64,000 nt of DNA from an uncultured Candidatus Saccharibacteria bacterium (GCA_964636215.1 CAZWRJ010000001.1:39928-103927); one strand, 5' to 3'; positions 27,931 to 37,642 are shown, counted from the stretch's first letter. Notes: a model not told the origin generated them from the sequence alone. Made by a program: numbers and translations.

Positions 27931-29118
27931 ATGTCTTACAGAAATCAGCGGCCTAATAGTTATGGCCGTCACCAACAAATAACCCCCAGACGGGGGAATA
28001 ACCGAATTAAAAAGGAAAATATTCACCCATCTCGGTTTATTAAAGCTGCAAACCAAACTATGGAAACGGAATATACACCGACCCTGACTTTCGCTGGTCT
28101 CGAAATTCATCCACTGATAAAGACAAACCTGCTAGCCAAAGATTTTGCCAGACCAACTGAGATTCAGGAACAAACTATTCCCATTGGGCTGCTTGGTCAA
28201 GATGTTGTTGGAATAGCCAACACCGGCACAGGCAAAACGGCTGCCTTTGCCATCCCGTTACTACATAGTCTTATGACTAAAATCGATTCCCGTGCACTCA
28301 TCCTGGCACCAACTCGTGAATTAGCCGAACAAATCGATGAACAATGCCGCAGTATAGCTAAGGGTAGTGGTCTTCGGGGTGCGCTCTTAATAGGCGGAGT
28401 AGCTATGGGCCCACAACTTAGAGATTTGAGGGACAATCCTCGCATTGTTATTGGTACTCCGGGTCGAATCAAAGATCACCTGGAGCGACGTTCACTTAAT
28501 CTTGCCAGATTTAATATTGTGGTACTTGATGAAGTCGATCGCATGCTAGACATGGGCTTCATTAATGACATTCGTCGAATTCTCGACCAAACGGCTGATA
28601 AAAAACAGTCCTTTTTCTTCTCAGCCACACTTGATGCAAGAGTTAAGGCAATTATAGATGGATTCTCGGTAAGTCCGGTTCACATAACTGTTAAAAGCGG
28701 CGATACTAGCGAAAACGTGGATCAGAACATCGTAAAATATACTTCTAAGGGCGATAAAATTGACAAGCTACACAACCTATTGATCCAGAATGAGGTTGTC
28801 AAAACTCTAGTTTTTGATGACACTCACCGAAGTGTTGAACACCTCTGTAGGGAACTTCAGACTATGGGCTTTGAAGCTGATGCTATTCACGGCGGTAAAT
28901 CGCAGTCTCAGCGCAAGCGAGCGCTGACAAGATTCAAGAGCAATCAGGTTAATGTTCTAGTAGCTACCGACGTAGCGGCCCGTGGTCTCGACGTTGCTGA
29001 TATCACCCACGTCGTTAACTACTCAGCACCTAACTCCTACAGTGATTACGTGCACCGTATTGGACGAACAGGCCGAGCCGGCCGTTTGGGATATGCCCTG
29101 ACATTTGTTGAACAGTAA
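27931..29118 (+). CDS. DEAD-box ATP-dependent RNA helicase
   Basis: 395 aa. Q-motif region, AxTGTGKT, PTRELA, DEVD (DEAD variant), SAT and HRIGRTGRAG. Confidence 0.92.
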   Translation: MSYRNQRPNSYGRHQQITPRRGNNRIKKENIHPSRFIKAANQTMETEYTPTLTFAGLEIHPLIKTNLLAKDFARPTEIQEQTIPIGLLGQDVVGIANTGTGKTAAFAIPLLHSLMTKIDSRALILAPTRELAEQIDEQCRSIAKGSGLRGALLIGGVAMGPQLRDLRDNPRIVIGTPGRIKDHLERRSLNLARFNIVVLDEVDRMLDMGFINDIRRILDQTADKKQSFFFSATLDARVKAIIDGFSVSPVHITVKSGDTSENVDQNIVKYTSKGDKIDKLHNLLIQNEVVKTLVFDDTHRSVEHLCRELQTMGFEADAIHGGKSQSQRKRALTRFKSNQVNVLVATDVAARGLDVADITHVVNYSAPNSYSDYVHRIGRTGRAGRLGYALTFVEQ

Positions 29119-29127
29119 GACACAGTT

Positions 29128-30948
29128 ATGAACCAAGACACCACTAAAATTCGTAATATCGCTATCATAGCTCACGTTGACCACGGCAAGACGACTCTTG
29201 TTGATGGGCTGCTTAAGCAATCGAACACCTTCAGAGACAATCAGGCTGAAATGAACCAAGACTTGATAATGGATAGTGGCGATCAAGAACGCGAACGAGG
29301 CATAACCATAACTGCAAAAGTCACAGCTGTTCAGCACGATGGATATCGCATAAATATTATCGATACCCCAGGACATGCCGATTTTAGCGGTGAGGTCGAA
29401 CGAACCATAAATATGGCCGACGGTTGTTTATTGATTGTTGATGCCCAAGAAGGGCCAATGCCGCAAACAAAATTTGTGCTTAGCATTGCACTCGCCAACG
29501 AACTAAAGCCAATTGTAATTATTAACAAAATAGATAAACAAGGTGCTCGATTGGCAGAAGTAGAAGATGAATTGGCGGATCTTTTCTTGGAATTGGCGGT
29601 TCACGAAAACCAGCTTCACTATCCAATTTATTACACCATTAGCCGCGAAGGCAAAGCCTGGACCACTCCGCCTGCCGACATAAGTGAAGAAACCGATTTA
29701 TCAGTGATTTTTGATGCTATTGTCAAAGAAATTCCGGCGCCGGATGTCGAAATTGACAAACCACTCCAGATGCTAGTTTCAGCCCTTGCCTGGGACAGTT
29801 TCAAGGGGAAATATGCCATTGGGCGAGTAAATCGTGGTCGATTGAAAGTGTCAGACAAGGTAACTCTTTGCAAAAAAGATGGTACAAAGACCAAAGCTAA
29901 AATCGAAAGTATTTTAGTGAGCAATGGTGTCGGTAAAACGGAGGTAAAAGAAAGTATGGCCGGTGAAATAGTTCAAATTACTGGTATACCAGATGCTCAA
30001 ATTGGTGAAACTATCGCCGACGATTTACACCCAGAAGCATTGCCAGTGATCGAAATAGAGGCGCCGACTCTAAAAATGTACCTAGGGCCCAATACTAGTA
30101 CTTTCAAAGGTACCGAAAGTGCTTTCTCAACAGGAAGACAAATCGGCGAACGACTGGCGAAAGAACTAGAGTCTAATGTTGGGCTCAGAGTCGAAGAAAA
30201 CAACATTGGATTTTTAGTAAGTGGGCGCGGTGAGCTACATCTTAGTGTCTTGATTGAATCTTTACGGCGAGAGGGTCTTGAGTTTGAAGTTGGCAGACCG
30301 CAGATTGTTACCAAGCAAGAAAACGGCGTTACCCTTGAACCGATCGAAGAACTGCTGATTGAAGTTCCCGAAGAGCATGTTGGTACAGTGCAGATGGGGC
30401 TTGGTGCCAGACGAGCAGTTTTAAAGGAACAATTTGCCAGTACTAAAGGTGTTATTAAATTAATCTACGAACTACCAACTCGCGGCTTACTAGGCCTTAG
30501 AAATGTTATTACAACCAATACCAAAGGCACAGCAATTATGAATAGCTTACTTAGCGGCTACCAGCCGCTTGGACCGCCCTTAAGAAAACTACGAAATGGA
30601 GCCTTGGTAGCTTACGAAACTGGCGTGACGACTCCTTATGCGCTTGAAATGACTGAAAGTCGCGGAGTGTGTTTTGTCGGTCCGGGAGAAAAAGTTTACG
30701 CAGGACAAGTTGTCGGCCTTAACAAAAGATCTGAGGATCTTGAAATAAATGTTTGCAAGACTAAACATCTCACTAACATGCGTAGTTCTTCAAGCGACGG
30801 CACCGTGCAGCTAACTACGGCGACAATCTTAAGCTTAGAGGAATGTCTAGACTTTATAGAAGAAGATGAGTTACTTGAAGTGACCCCGAAATCACTACGT
30901 CTGCGTAAAGCAGAACTTGATCACCTCAAAAGAAAACGCCAAAAATAA
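29128..30948 (+). CDS. typA: translational GTPase TypA/BipA
   Basis: 606 aa. AHVDHGKTT, DTPGHADF and NKIDK G-motifs, with the TypA-type C-terminal domain. Confidence 0.93.
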   Translation: MNQDTTKIRNIAIIAHVDHGKTTLVDGLLKQSNTFRDNQAEMNQDLIMDSGDQERERGITITAKVTAVQHDGYRINIIDTPGHADFSGEVERTINMADGCLLIVDAQEGPMPQTKFVLSIALANELKPIVIINKIDKQGARLAEVEDELADLFLELAVHENQLHYPIYYTISREGKAWTTPPADISEETDLSVIFDAIVKEIPAPDVEIDKPLQMLVSALAWDSFKGKYAIGRVNRGRLKVSDKVTLCKKDGTKTKAKIESILVSNGVGKTEVKESMAGEIVQITGIPDAQIGETIADDLHPEALPVIEIEAPTLKMYLGPNTSTFKGTESAFSTGRQIGERLAKELESNVGLRVEENNIGFLVSGRGELHLSVLIESLRREGLEFEVGRPQIVTKQENGVTLEPIEELLIEVPEEHVGTVQMGLGARRAVLKEQFASTKGVIKLIYELPTRGLLGLRNVITTNTKGTAIMNSLLSGYQPLGPPLRKLRNGALVAYETGVTTPYALEMTESRGVCFVGPGEKVYAGQVVGLNKRSEDLEINVCKTKHLTNMRSSSSDGTVQLTTATILSLEECLDFIEEDELLEVTPKSLRLRKAELDHLKRKRQK

Positions 30949-31039
30949 GTACCTTCTATCCTCTACTCTCGTCAAGTAATTTGTTAAATTCCTCACGATG
31001 TATAATGAATCAATCGATACGTAAATAGAGGAGTATGGA

Positions 31040-31411
31040 ATGGCTGACCAAACAACTGAGACAACAAAGAAAAACAAAAAAGGTAAATCGCTGTGGGTTA
31101 AAATCCTGTTGATACTAGTAATTTTGGTAATTGGCGGCATCATTGGTTACAGCATCGGAAAGAGTCATGCCGAAGATGAGGCTCAGGCTAACTTACAGCA
31201 GCAAGTGTCTTCTCTCCAACAACAATTGGACCTGGCTAAAAAAGGTGTAAATAACGAGGTGCAAGAGGGTCAACAATCCCTTGAGTCTTTGCAAACGGAG
31301 AATGCTACACTAAAGTCCACAATCGAAAAACAGAATCAAAAAATTGCCGACCTGGAGAAGCAATTGGAAGAAGCCCAGAGTACAAACCCACCGTCAGATG
31401 GTAATCAGTAG
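31040..31411 (+). CDS. membrane-anchored coiled-coil protein, hypothetical
   Basis: 123 aa. One N-terminal TM helix followed by a Gln/Glu/Leu-rich coiled coil. Confidence 0.5.
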   Translation: MADQTTETTKKNKKGKSLWVKILLILVILVIGGIIGYSIGKSHAEDEAQANLQQQVSSLQQQLDLAKKGVNNEVQEGQQSLESLQTENATLKSTIEKQNQKIADLEKQLEEAQSTNPPSDGNQ

Positions 31412-31476
31412 TTAGAGCAAGTAGGTTGGACCGCCAGGTAGTACGGTGTTATATTTAAGCTTGAGCGTTTTGCGCA

Positions 31477-32148
31477 ATGAATCGAGTGAAAAAATTTCTT
31501 AAAAACCAGTACGGATTCGGTAGCCAAATAATTATTTTGGTAGTATTGGTCTTCGCCAGTGTTGGAGTTGTAGGCTACCGAATTTACCAAGGCAGACAAA
31601 AGCCAGCTGAAACGGTCACAAACAATGCTTCAGACAGTTCCTCCAATCAGGCGACGGAGGCCCAACAACCAGTTGACCCTACTGCCGATTGGAAAAGTTA
31701 TACAAATAAAGTCGGTAAATACACACTGAAATACCCAGCCGGATGGTACAAAGACGTCTGCGATGAGAGCCTGACTGACCTAGCGCTTTATCTGGGACCT
31801 ACAAAGTCTTCCCGAGTAATTTGTAACTCTGAGCATATTTCACAGATTGTCATTATCTCTACCCCATCGGTACCTACTGCATCAGAACAAAGCTTAGGCA
31901 CAAACTATACCAATATTACCGAGAAAAAGGTTGTAGTTGACGGAGTTACTGGCAATAGGCAGTCTGGTAAGTTGAAGGTGGCTGAATTTGGTGCTCCAGC
32001 TGGTACACTTATTGTTCGTTATTTTTTCCTTGCTAAAGGCAGGACCTATATAGCAAGTTATATTCAGACACCGTCTGGGGATTATAGGGCTGATAATTTG
32101 GACAATTTTGACTTAATAATTACCAAGACGCTGAACTTTACTAAGTAG
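31477..32148 (+). CDS. secreted/anchored hypothetical protein
   Basis: 223 aa. N-terminal TM/signal helix and a Ser/Gln-rich linker. No motif recognised. Confidence 0.5.
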   Translation: MNRVKKFLKNQYGFGSQIIILVVLVFASVGVVGYRIYQGRQKPAETVTNNASDSSSNQATEAQQPVDPTADWKSYTNKVGKYTLKYPAGWYKDVCDESLTDLALYLGPTKSSRVICNSEHISQIVIISTPSVPTASEQSLGTNYTNITEKKVVVDGVTGNRQSGKLKVAEFGAPAGTLIVRYFFLAKGRTYIASYIQTPSGDYRADNLDNFDLIITKTLNFTK

Positions 32149-32218
32149 TACTTGAACGAACACCTATGAACTATAGGTAGTTAGTGAGTAATTTTTTAAT
32201 CACGTATAATGGGAGTTT

Positions 32219-32686
32219 GTGTTACGTGACATATTTAGAATAGCTTTTCTTTGTATTGTTCTTGGTGGAGCCTCTATACCGCTGAGCTTTGGAGTTAATA
32301 GTTCGCCTGTTGTGGTTTGGATTGGTAATAGTCTGGGGTCGTTAATTTCAGCATGGGCAGTTATTTTTATTGCCGAGAGATTAACTAATGATAAATTCAG
32401 GAATAGAGTACGTAAATTCAGAATTGGTAACAAGGTTGTAACGGTTATGGATGAAGGTGGTGATAATAAACACGTGGCTAAAGCCCGGGGTTATATTGAC
32501 CGACATGGCATTAAATTGTTTGCTCTGATTTGTCCAATCTTTCCAGGAGCATTGTTATCAACCACTGCTGTCTACACTCTTGGTTTAGATAAAAAAACTT
32601 ACAAGAGATGGTTAGTGCCAGGTATTTTCTTAGTAAGTGGCATTTATGTATTTAGCTATTGGTGGTTAGTTTTGGGGCATGTTTAG
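32219..32686 (+). CDS. small multidrug-export-like membrane protein (COG2426-like)
   Basis: 155 aa, four predicted TM helices. Resemblance to the small multi-drug export family is from memory only. Confidence 0.4.
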   Translation: MLRDIFRIAFLCIVLGGASIPLSFGVNSSPVVVWIGNSLGSLISAWAVIFIAERLTNDKFRNRVRKFRIGNKVVTVMDEGGDNKHVAKARGYIDRHGIKLFALICPIFPGALLSTTAVYTLGLDKKTYKRWLVPGIFLVSGIYVFSYWWLVLGHV

Positions 32687-32770
32687 GCTCTAGTAAAATC
32701 TATCTTTTAGTTCTCGCAGATGACTATTCACTGTTTGGTATTTACTAGGCCATGGTATTTAATACTGTAA

Positions 32771-33871
32771 ATGACAGAGTCGTTAGAGGTCGGCCAGACA
32801 GTTGGAATTACCCAAGAGACTGACGAGGGTCTTCCAAGAAGGGTTGAAGTCGATTGGGGAAAAGGCGAGGAAGTACTTGGACGATTGCTCGGTGCCTTTA
32901 ATAACGACGACTTTCCTTATAATCTTGATTCCGTGAGAGTACCGCACGACCCTAGACATATGCCTGAAACCATGCCGCGTGGTGGCGTAGAACACGCTAT
33001 GTTTTTATGGTCGACATGTTACTACATGCGCGGTGGAACCAAATCCGTAGACTCACTCAAATTATTAGCCAATGTTTACGATGCACACCCTGATTTATTT
33101 GATACAGATAGGGTCGCCGAGCAAGACCCATTAATGGTTGCAGATCTCCTTAAATCGTTTCATTTAGGATATCAACATATACAAATTGGCCGATTTTGGG
33201 TGGAGAATGCCAAGCGAATGCAGCATAAATGGCAAGGAGACCCCCGTAATATTTTTGACGGTGTAACCGACTATGATGAATGCTTAACTCGTGTTTCCAA
33301 TGACAAGAAAGGTGGAGGCTTTTTTGGGTTTCAAAAAAAGATGACCAGCATGATTTTGTATTACCTGATGGACGATGAATTAATTGAACCGTTTGTCTTC
33401 CCTCTCCCAGTAGACATGCACGTAATGCGTATTTCGATCGCCCACGAAATTCTGCGTTTTATTGGCTACGATCCGGACGATAATTTACTTAGTGATGAAG
33501 TCTTGGATTTTACTCGTAATTTTTACTATTCCTATGCCCTTAAACATGGTATTGATCCTCTTAGGCTGTGCGATGCTATTTGGTTACTTTCACAGTCACT
33601 TTGCGGCAAACAACCTGGCAATGTTACGTTAGAGCCGGAAGGTAGGAAGAATCGAAATGGTCGAAAAACTATACTGATACCATTACCCGTGAGAATAGAG
33701 GATGTTTCTCAACAAAATCAATATGAACACACTTGTAGGTCATGCCCAGTAGAAAGCACGTGTGTATGGAATGTGCCCGGCAAGATATATTACGTTCAGG
33801 GTGATTTGAAGCGGCGAGGTAAACGTGTAATTTTTCCTGAATCTTCTCAAGGACGACTGTTTGTAGTTTAA
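32771..33871 (+). CDS. divergent HhH-GPD / endonuclease III-like DNA glycosylase superfamily protein
   Basis: 366 aa. GFQKKMTSMILYYL followed by PVDMHVMRI parallels the EndoIII HhH (GVGRKTANVVL...VDTHIFRV). C-terminal CRSCPVESTC matches the C-x2-C-x5-C part of the Fe-S cluster loop. Confidence 0.5.
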   Translation: MTESLEVGQTVGITQETDEGLPRRVEVDWGKGEEVLGRLLGAFNNDDFPYNLDSVRVPHDPRHMPETMPRGGVEHAMFLWSTCYYMRGGTKSVDSLKLLANVYDAHPDLFDTDRVAEQDPLMVADLLKSFHLGYQHIQIGRFWVENAKRMQHKWQGDPRNIFDGVTDYDECLTRVSNDKKGGGFFGFQKKMTSMILYYLMDDELIEPFVFPLPVDMHVMRISIAHEILRFIGYDPDDNLLSDEVLDFTRNFYYSYALKHGIDPLRLCDAIWLLSQSLCGKQPGNVTLEPEGRKNRNGRKTILIPLPVRIEDVSQQNQYEHTCRSCPVESTCVWNVPGKIYYVQGDLKRRGKRVIFPESSQGRLFVV

Positions 33872-33883
33872 TCTTCTAGAGTG

Positions 33884-34558
33884 CTAAGTATTATTTGATA
33901 ACCGGAAGTGGTTTCTTGATATATATAAACCAAAAACAGTTAGCCACATGGTTTGAGGGTAGGCGGTGATTCTTTCCATGCCACCGATACCTAGACCAAG
34001 ATAATTATGTGTGCTGAACAGCACAAAGCCAGTGAGCGCCACAACACCAGAAGCCAGAGTATAAATACGTAACCAACGTGGTATATCTAGTGTCAGGCCA
34101 AGGATTAATAAAGCAATGTTGCCAAACAGAAATGGCAAAAAGGCACCGAGAGCGTGCAAAGAACTGATTGTGTTTTCGGGGAATACTCCAACCAATATAG
34201 TACCGAATCCGGCCAGTGCCATCAGACTAAAGCCAACTAGGCTACCTTTAGTCTCGCGAAATTCTTGATATATAAGTAACGAACCAGCCATCATGAATAG
34301 TCCAAGTGCGATAAATGAGGCATTCATATAGTCGTGAAGTGGTGAACAGACAAAACGGCCAGCATACATACCGCAGGCAGTATTACCAAGATCACTGATG
34401 GTGTTTTGTAGTGCACTGTAGGGTATTGGCCAAGCGTGGGCTACCATAATTTGAGTTAAGTAGTACTGTAGACTTAGAGTCCACATAGTCGGTCCAATTA
34501 GTGGATAGCGATTGGAAAAGGTGTTTATATTTTCCATCGAAGTTTTGTTAATAAGCAT
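33884..34558 (-). CDS. polytopic membrane protein (DUF998-like)
   Basis: 224 aa, about six TM helices. Family assignment from memory, weak. Confidence 0.4.
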   Translation of the reverse strand: MLINKTSMENINTFSNRYPLIGPTMWTLSLQYYLTQIMVAHAWPIPYSALQNTISDLGNTACGMYAGRFVCSPLHDYMNASFIALGLFMMAGSLLIYQEFRETKGSLVGFSLMALAGFGTILVGVFPENTISSLHALGAFLPFLFGNIALLILGLTLDIPRWLRIYTLASGVVALTGFVLFSTHNYLGLGIGGMERITAYPQTMWLTVFGLYISRNHFRLSNNT

Positions 34559-34574
34559 GTAGAATCTGCCTATA

Positions 34575-36347
34575 TTATTCTGTCTGTTGGGAAAAAATTA
34601 GTACTGAATAAGGGGCCAGGGCCAAAGTAGCAGTATTGTCGCTAACATTAATATCTGACGCTGGTGTATCTTTAAAGTCAGGGCTATAACCTTTCCAGTC
34701 GCTGTTAAAGCGTACCTCCCAAGCGCCGTCTCTCGGGAACTTTAAGGAATAGTTTGGCTGAGCTTTGTTGGCAAAATTAATAACCACCACTACATCATCA
34801 CCCGGTCCGCCGTTTTCCCAGCGGTGGTAGGCTAGCACCTTGTCGTTATCGTTTTGATGCAAAATAGCTACCGATTGACCGGTTAATCCAGCAGTGTGGC
34901 CATATTGGTTTTTACGAAGTGCTATCAAATGTTCATGAGCTGTTACGATACCAGCAAATTTATCAGCTTTATTCCACTCCAAAGCTTTCCAGCCATTAAA
35001 ACTGCCGCCTTGCATAAATTCCTGACCCTGGAAAAGCATCGGGATTCCAGGTGCAGTTAACACCATTGCTGCTGCAATAAGAGAACGTTTTCGAGCGTAC
35101 AGGCTAGTAGCGTTACCCGGAGCAATTTCCTCATTTAGACGAGCAGCCCCATTGGATGCACTGTCATGTGAGTCGCTGTATATTATTCGCTGAAATGCGT
35201 CACCGTTGTAACGCCGTCCAAGTATATTAGACAATTCCATTAGCTGTCTATAGGCATCATCGGTACTGTCAAGGGTATCACGAAATACGTGAGGCAAACC
35301 CACTTCCCATTGACTCGAAAAACCAGCACCGCCTTCTCCGGTAGTTTTGGTTATATATTCGTTACCACCTAAATCCTCAGCAATCATGAAGGCTGCTGGG
35401 TTAATCTTCTTGGCTAATTCTGTAATTTGCTGCAGGATTGACCATCCTTCCGGAATGTCATCGCTAGGATCGTTATTGTGTCCATTTACGGTGCGAATAA
35501 AGCCAGTCGAATCTAATCTAAGGCCGTCGACATGACAGTCGTGCATCCACATTTTTACATTATCAAGAATGAGTTGCCGTACTTCATCACGACCATAGTC
35601 AAGTCTGGTATCTCCCCAAGGAGTATGTGAACGCCAGCCATTGTAGAAATATATACCGCCTTTATTGTCTTCACTCCAGCCATCAAATTGCCACATATCT
35701 AGATCACCAGGGCCAAGATGATTGTAAACAACATCTAGTACCACGCCGATTCCTACTTTGTGTGCAGCGTTTACAAATTCCATAAAATCATGCCTGCTAC
35801 CAAAAAGGGTTTCTATGGCAAAGAGATAGGTTGTGGTGTAAGGTCCCCAGGTTTCATCTTCTGAACTTACGGTGATTGGCATAAGTTCTATGGTAGTAAC
35901 TCCCAACTTCACCAGGTAGTCAAGCTTCTGCGTTAGGGTTGTGAAGGTTCCGGGTGACGAGGCGTCAACTCTATTGAATGTACCTACATATACTTCGTAT
36001 ACAACCTGCTGATTTAGGGGTCTTGCAATAAATTTATCATCAGTCCAATTAAAATTCGTCTCAACAATTACTGAATTGCCGTCCGCTAATGTTACATGCA
36101 AAGCTCTTGGATCGTTTTTGTGTAACTCTTGGCTGCCGGTATCTATTATAAATTTGTATTCTTGGCCCGCTTCAGCTCCTTTAAAGTCAACTGTCCAATA
36201 ACCATCGTTTTCACTTTGCATATCAGTCTTAGACCAGTCGTTGAAAGTGCCCGTAACGGCGACCGACTTAGCAAATGGTGCCCATACCCTAAACCCTACT
36301 CCGTTATCATGGCAAATAGCGCCCACATCTTTTTTATGAGAACTCAT
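34575..36347 (-). CDS. GH13 alpha-glucan enzyme with N-terminal CBM48 (1,4-alpha-glucan branching enzyme-like)
   Basis: 590 aa. CBM48-like GVGFRVWAP...VTGTFNDW. GH13 regions DVVYNH, DGLRLDS, MIAED and YSDSHD. The YFYNGWRSHTPWGDTRLDYGRDEVR stretch resembles branching enzymes. Confidence 0.8.
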   Translation of the reverse strand: MSSHKKDVGAICHDNGVGFRVWAPFAKSVAVTGTFNDWSKTDMQSENDGYWTVDFKGAEAGQEYKFIIDTGSQELHKNDPRALHVTLADGNSVIVETNFNWTDDKFIARPLNQQVVYEVYVGTFNRVDASSPGTFTTLTQKLDYLVKLGVTTIELMPITVSSEDETWGPYTTTYLFAIETLFGSRHDFMEFVNAAHKVGIGVVLDVVYNHLGPGDLDMWQFDGWSEDNKGGIYFYNGWRSHTPWGDTRLDYGRDEVRQLILDNVKMWMHDCHVDGLRLDSTGFIRTVNGHNNDPSDDIPEGWSILQQITELAKKINPAAFMIAEDLGGNEYITKTTGEGGAGFSSQWEVGLPHVFRDTLDSTDDAYRQLMELSNILGRRYNGDAFQRIIYSDSHDSASNGAARLNEEIAPGNATSLYARKRSLIAAAMVLTAPGIPMLFQGQEFMQGGSFNGWKALEWNKADKFAGIVTAHEHLIALRKNQYGHTAGLTGQSVAILHQNDNDKVLAYHRWENGGPGDDVVVVINFANKAQPNYSLKFPRDGAWEVRFNSDWKGYSPDFKDTPASDINVSDNTATLALAPYSVLIFSQQTE

Positions 36348-36449
36348 CCCTGTCTATTATGCTTATGTAAATTTAGTTAAGCAAGCCAATGTATATCAAT
36401 ATATTAAGATTCCAATAAAGTTTTATAGGAGGTGGTCTGATAGCGAAGT

Positions 36450-36491
36450 GCTGGTGTGGCGACCCAATTGGGTCGGAGTCGCCACACCAGC
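36450..36491 (-). terminator. GC-rich 14-bp hairpin downstream of the GC-rich ORF (no U-tract)
   Basis: GCTGGTGTGGCGAC (36450-63) pairs with GTCGCCACACCAGC (36478-91). A second hairpin CTGATCG/CGATCAG sits at 36497-36513, directly after the stop. The style resembles high-GC-organism terminators. Confidence 0.5.
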
Positions 36492-36513
36492 GAACTTCAG
36501 CTGATCGAGTCGA

Positions 36514-36924
36514 TCAGTTCAACGGCGCGTTGATGCGGACCTGGACACCGCAGAACATCCGGCTGGCGCCGGGGCGCATGTCGTGGTCGAGGCCGAGCTC
36601 GTCCTTGGTTCGGTCGAGTACTGCGTCCTCGACGAGTGCATGGGCCGAACCCGGTGTCGACGTCATGCCGTGTGGGATCACCTGGTGGAAGACGTCGTAG
36701 ACGTCGCTCGCGAGCTGCTTGGCGGTCGGGAAGACGGTGCCGTAATTGCACTTGCGGGCCTTCGCGACAAGCGACTCGACGAAGAGCATCGTCTCGTTGG
36801 CCTGTGCCTTGTTGCAGCCCGTCTCGTCCATGATGGCCTCGATGGCCAACTGGCGAGCGGACTTGGACTGGGTCGGGGCCGTGCTGTGCTCGGCCTTGAT
36901 CACATCCTGCACACCTGTGGTCAC
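36514..36924 (-). CDS. hypothetical protein encoded by a compositionally foreign, very GC-rich gene
   Basis: By my hand count about 120 of 136 codons end in G/C, unlike all neighbouring genes. I prefer GTG 36924, preceded by AAGGAGGTG with an 8-nt spacer, over the track start at 36948. Product: (M)TTGVQDVIKAEHSTAPTQSKSARQLAIEAIMDETGCNK.... No family recognised. Confidence 0.65.
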   Translation of the reverse strand: MTTGVQDVIKAEHSTAPTQSKSARQLAIEAIMDETGCNKAQANETMLFVESLVAKARKCNYGTVFPTAKQLASDVYDVFHQVIPHGMTSTPGSAHALVEDAVLDRTKDELGLDHDMRPGASRMFCGVQVRINAPLN

Positions 36925-36971
36925 GAAGACCACCTCCTTAACGTTCACACCCTACTTGGGTGGATGAATTA

Positions 36972-37000
36972 ATTATCAAACTGAAGTTATAAGTTGTCAA
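36972..37000 (-). promoter_or_regulatory. near-consensus sigma70 promoter candidate driving the GC-rich ORF
   Basis: Minus strand TTGACA (37000-36995), 17 nt, GATAAT (36977-36972), in native AT-rich DNA immediately outside the GC-rich cassette. Confidence 0.45.
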
Positions 37001-37060
37001 TAACCTTATGACTTTATTAGTGGTCATTATTTTTAGGATAATGGATGCTATAATCGTGAT

Positions 37061-37642
37061 ATGAAGCGACTGCCGAGGGTCAGGCGTCACCACGTATCAC
37101 GCTGGTTGCCCATCGCATTGATGGTCACTCTAGTAATGGGTTTTGTTTACTTAGCTCTTCAACAACATATCCGTGCCGAGGCTGATCAACCTCAAGTAGC
37201 TATGGCTCAAGATGCCGTCGACCAGTTAACGAGCGGGGTTACTCCTGCAAAAGTTGTAGCGCCACCGGTTTACGATATCACCAAAACTCTAAGCCCATTT
37301 GTGATAATTTATGATTCTCATTACATGCCTGTTGCTGGTAACGCCATTCTTGATGGTCAACTACCGATAGTGCCGAGTGGTTCTTTGGCCTATTCGGCAA
37401 CTCACGACGATAACCGCGTAACCTGGCAACCAACTGACTCCATTAGGATAGCCGCCGTTATTCGGAGTTATACAAATCAAGGTAAGATCGGTTATGTACT
37501 GGCTGGCAGAAATTTGCAAGAGCCCGAACGTCAGGAAAGTCAATTAACCGCCGTTATGTTAGCGGGTTGGTTTATTGTTCTAGTTAGTAGTTTGGGTCTT
37601 GTGATATTAATTGAGGCATACCATGACGAACGAACCTCGTAA
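37061..37642 (+). CDS. membrane protein, hypothetical
   Basis: 193 aa. N- and C-terminal TM helices flanking an extracytoplasmic domain. No motif recognised. Confidence 0.5.
   Translation: MKRLPRVRRHHVSRWLPIALMVTLVMGFVYLALQQHIRAEADQPQVAMAQDAVDQLTSGVTPAKVVAPPVYDITKTLSPFVIIYDSHYMPVAGNAILDGQLPIVPSGSLAYSATHDDNRVTWQPTDSIRIAAVIRSYTNQGKIGYVLAGRNLQEPERQESQLTAVMLAGWFIVLVSSLGLVILIEAYHDERTS

Noticed and set aside
36427-36938. Integron gene cassette (attC) interpretation of the GC-rich unit
   Set aside because: The hairpins after the ORF are perfect palindromes. They lack the imperfect R''-L''/L'-R' architecture and the GTTRRRY core of attC sites. No integrase is present in the window.
36497-36972. Alternative ORFs in the GC-rich cassette (84 aa at 36497-36751 in another minus-strand frame; 129, 65 and 73 aa on the + strand)
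   Set aside because: Their Arg/Gly/Leu/Pro-rich composition is typical of off-frame or antisense reading of a high-GC gene. Only the minus-strand frame 36514-36924 shows strong third-position G/C bias, a perfect RBS and a balanced amino-acid composition.
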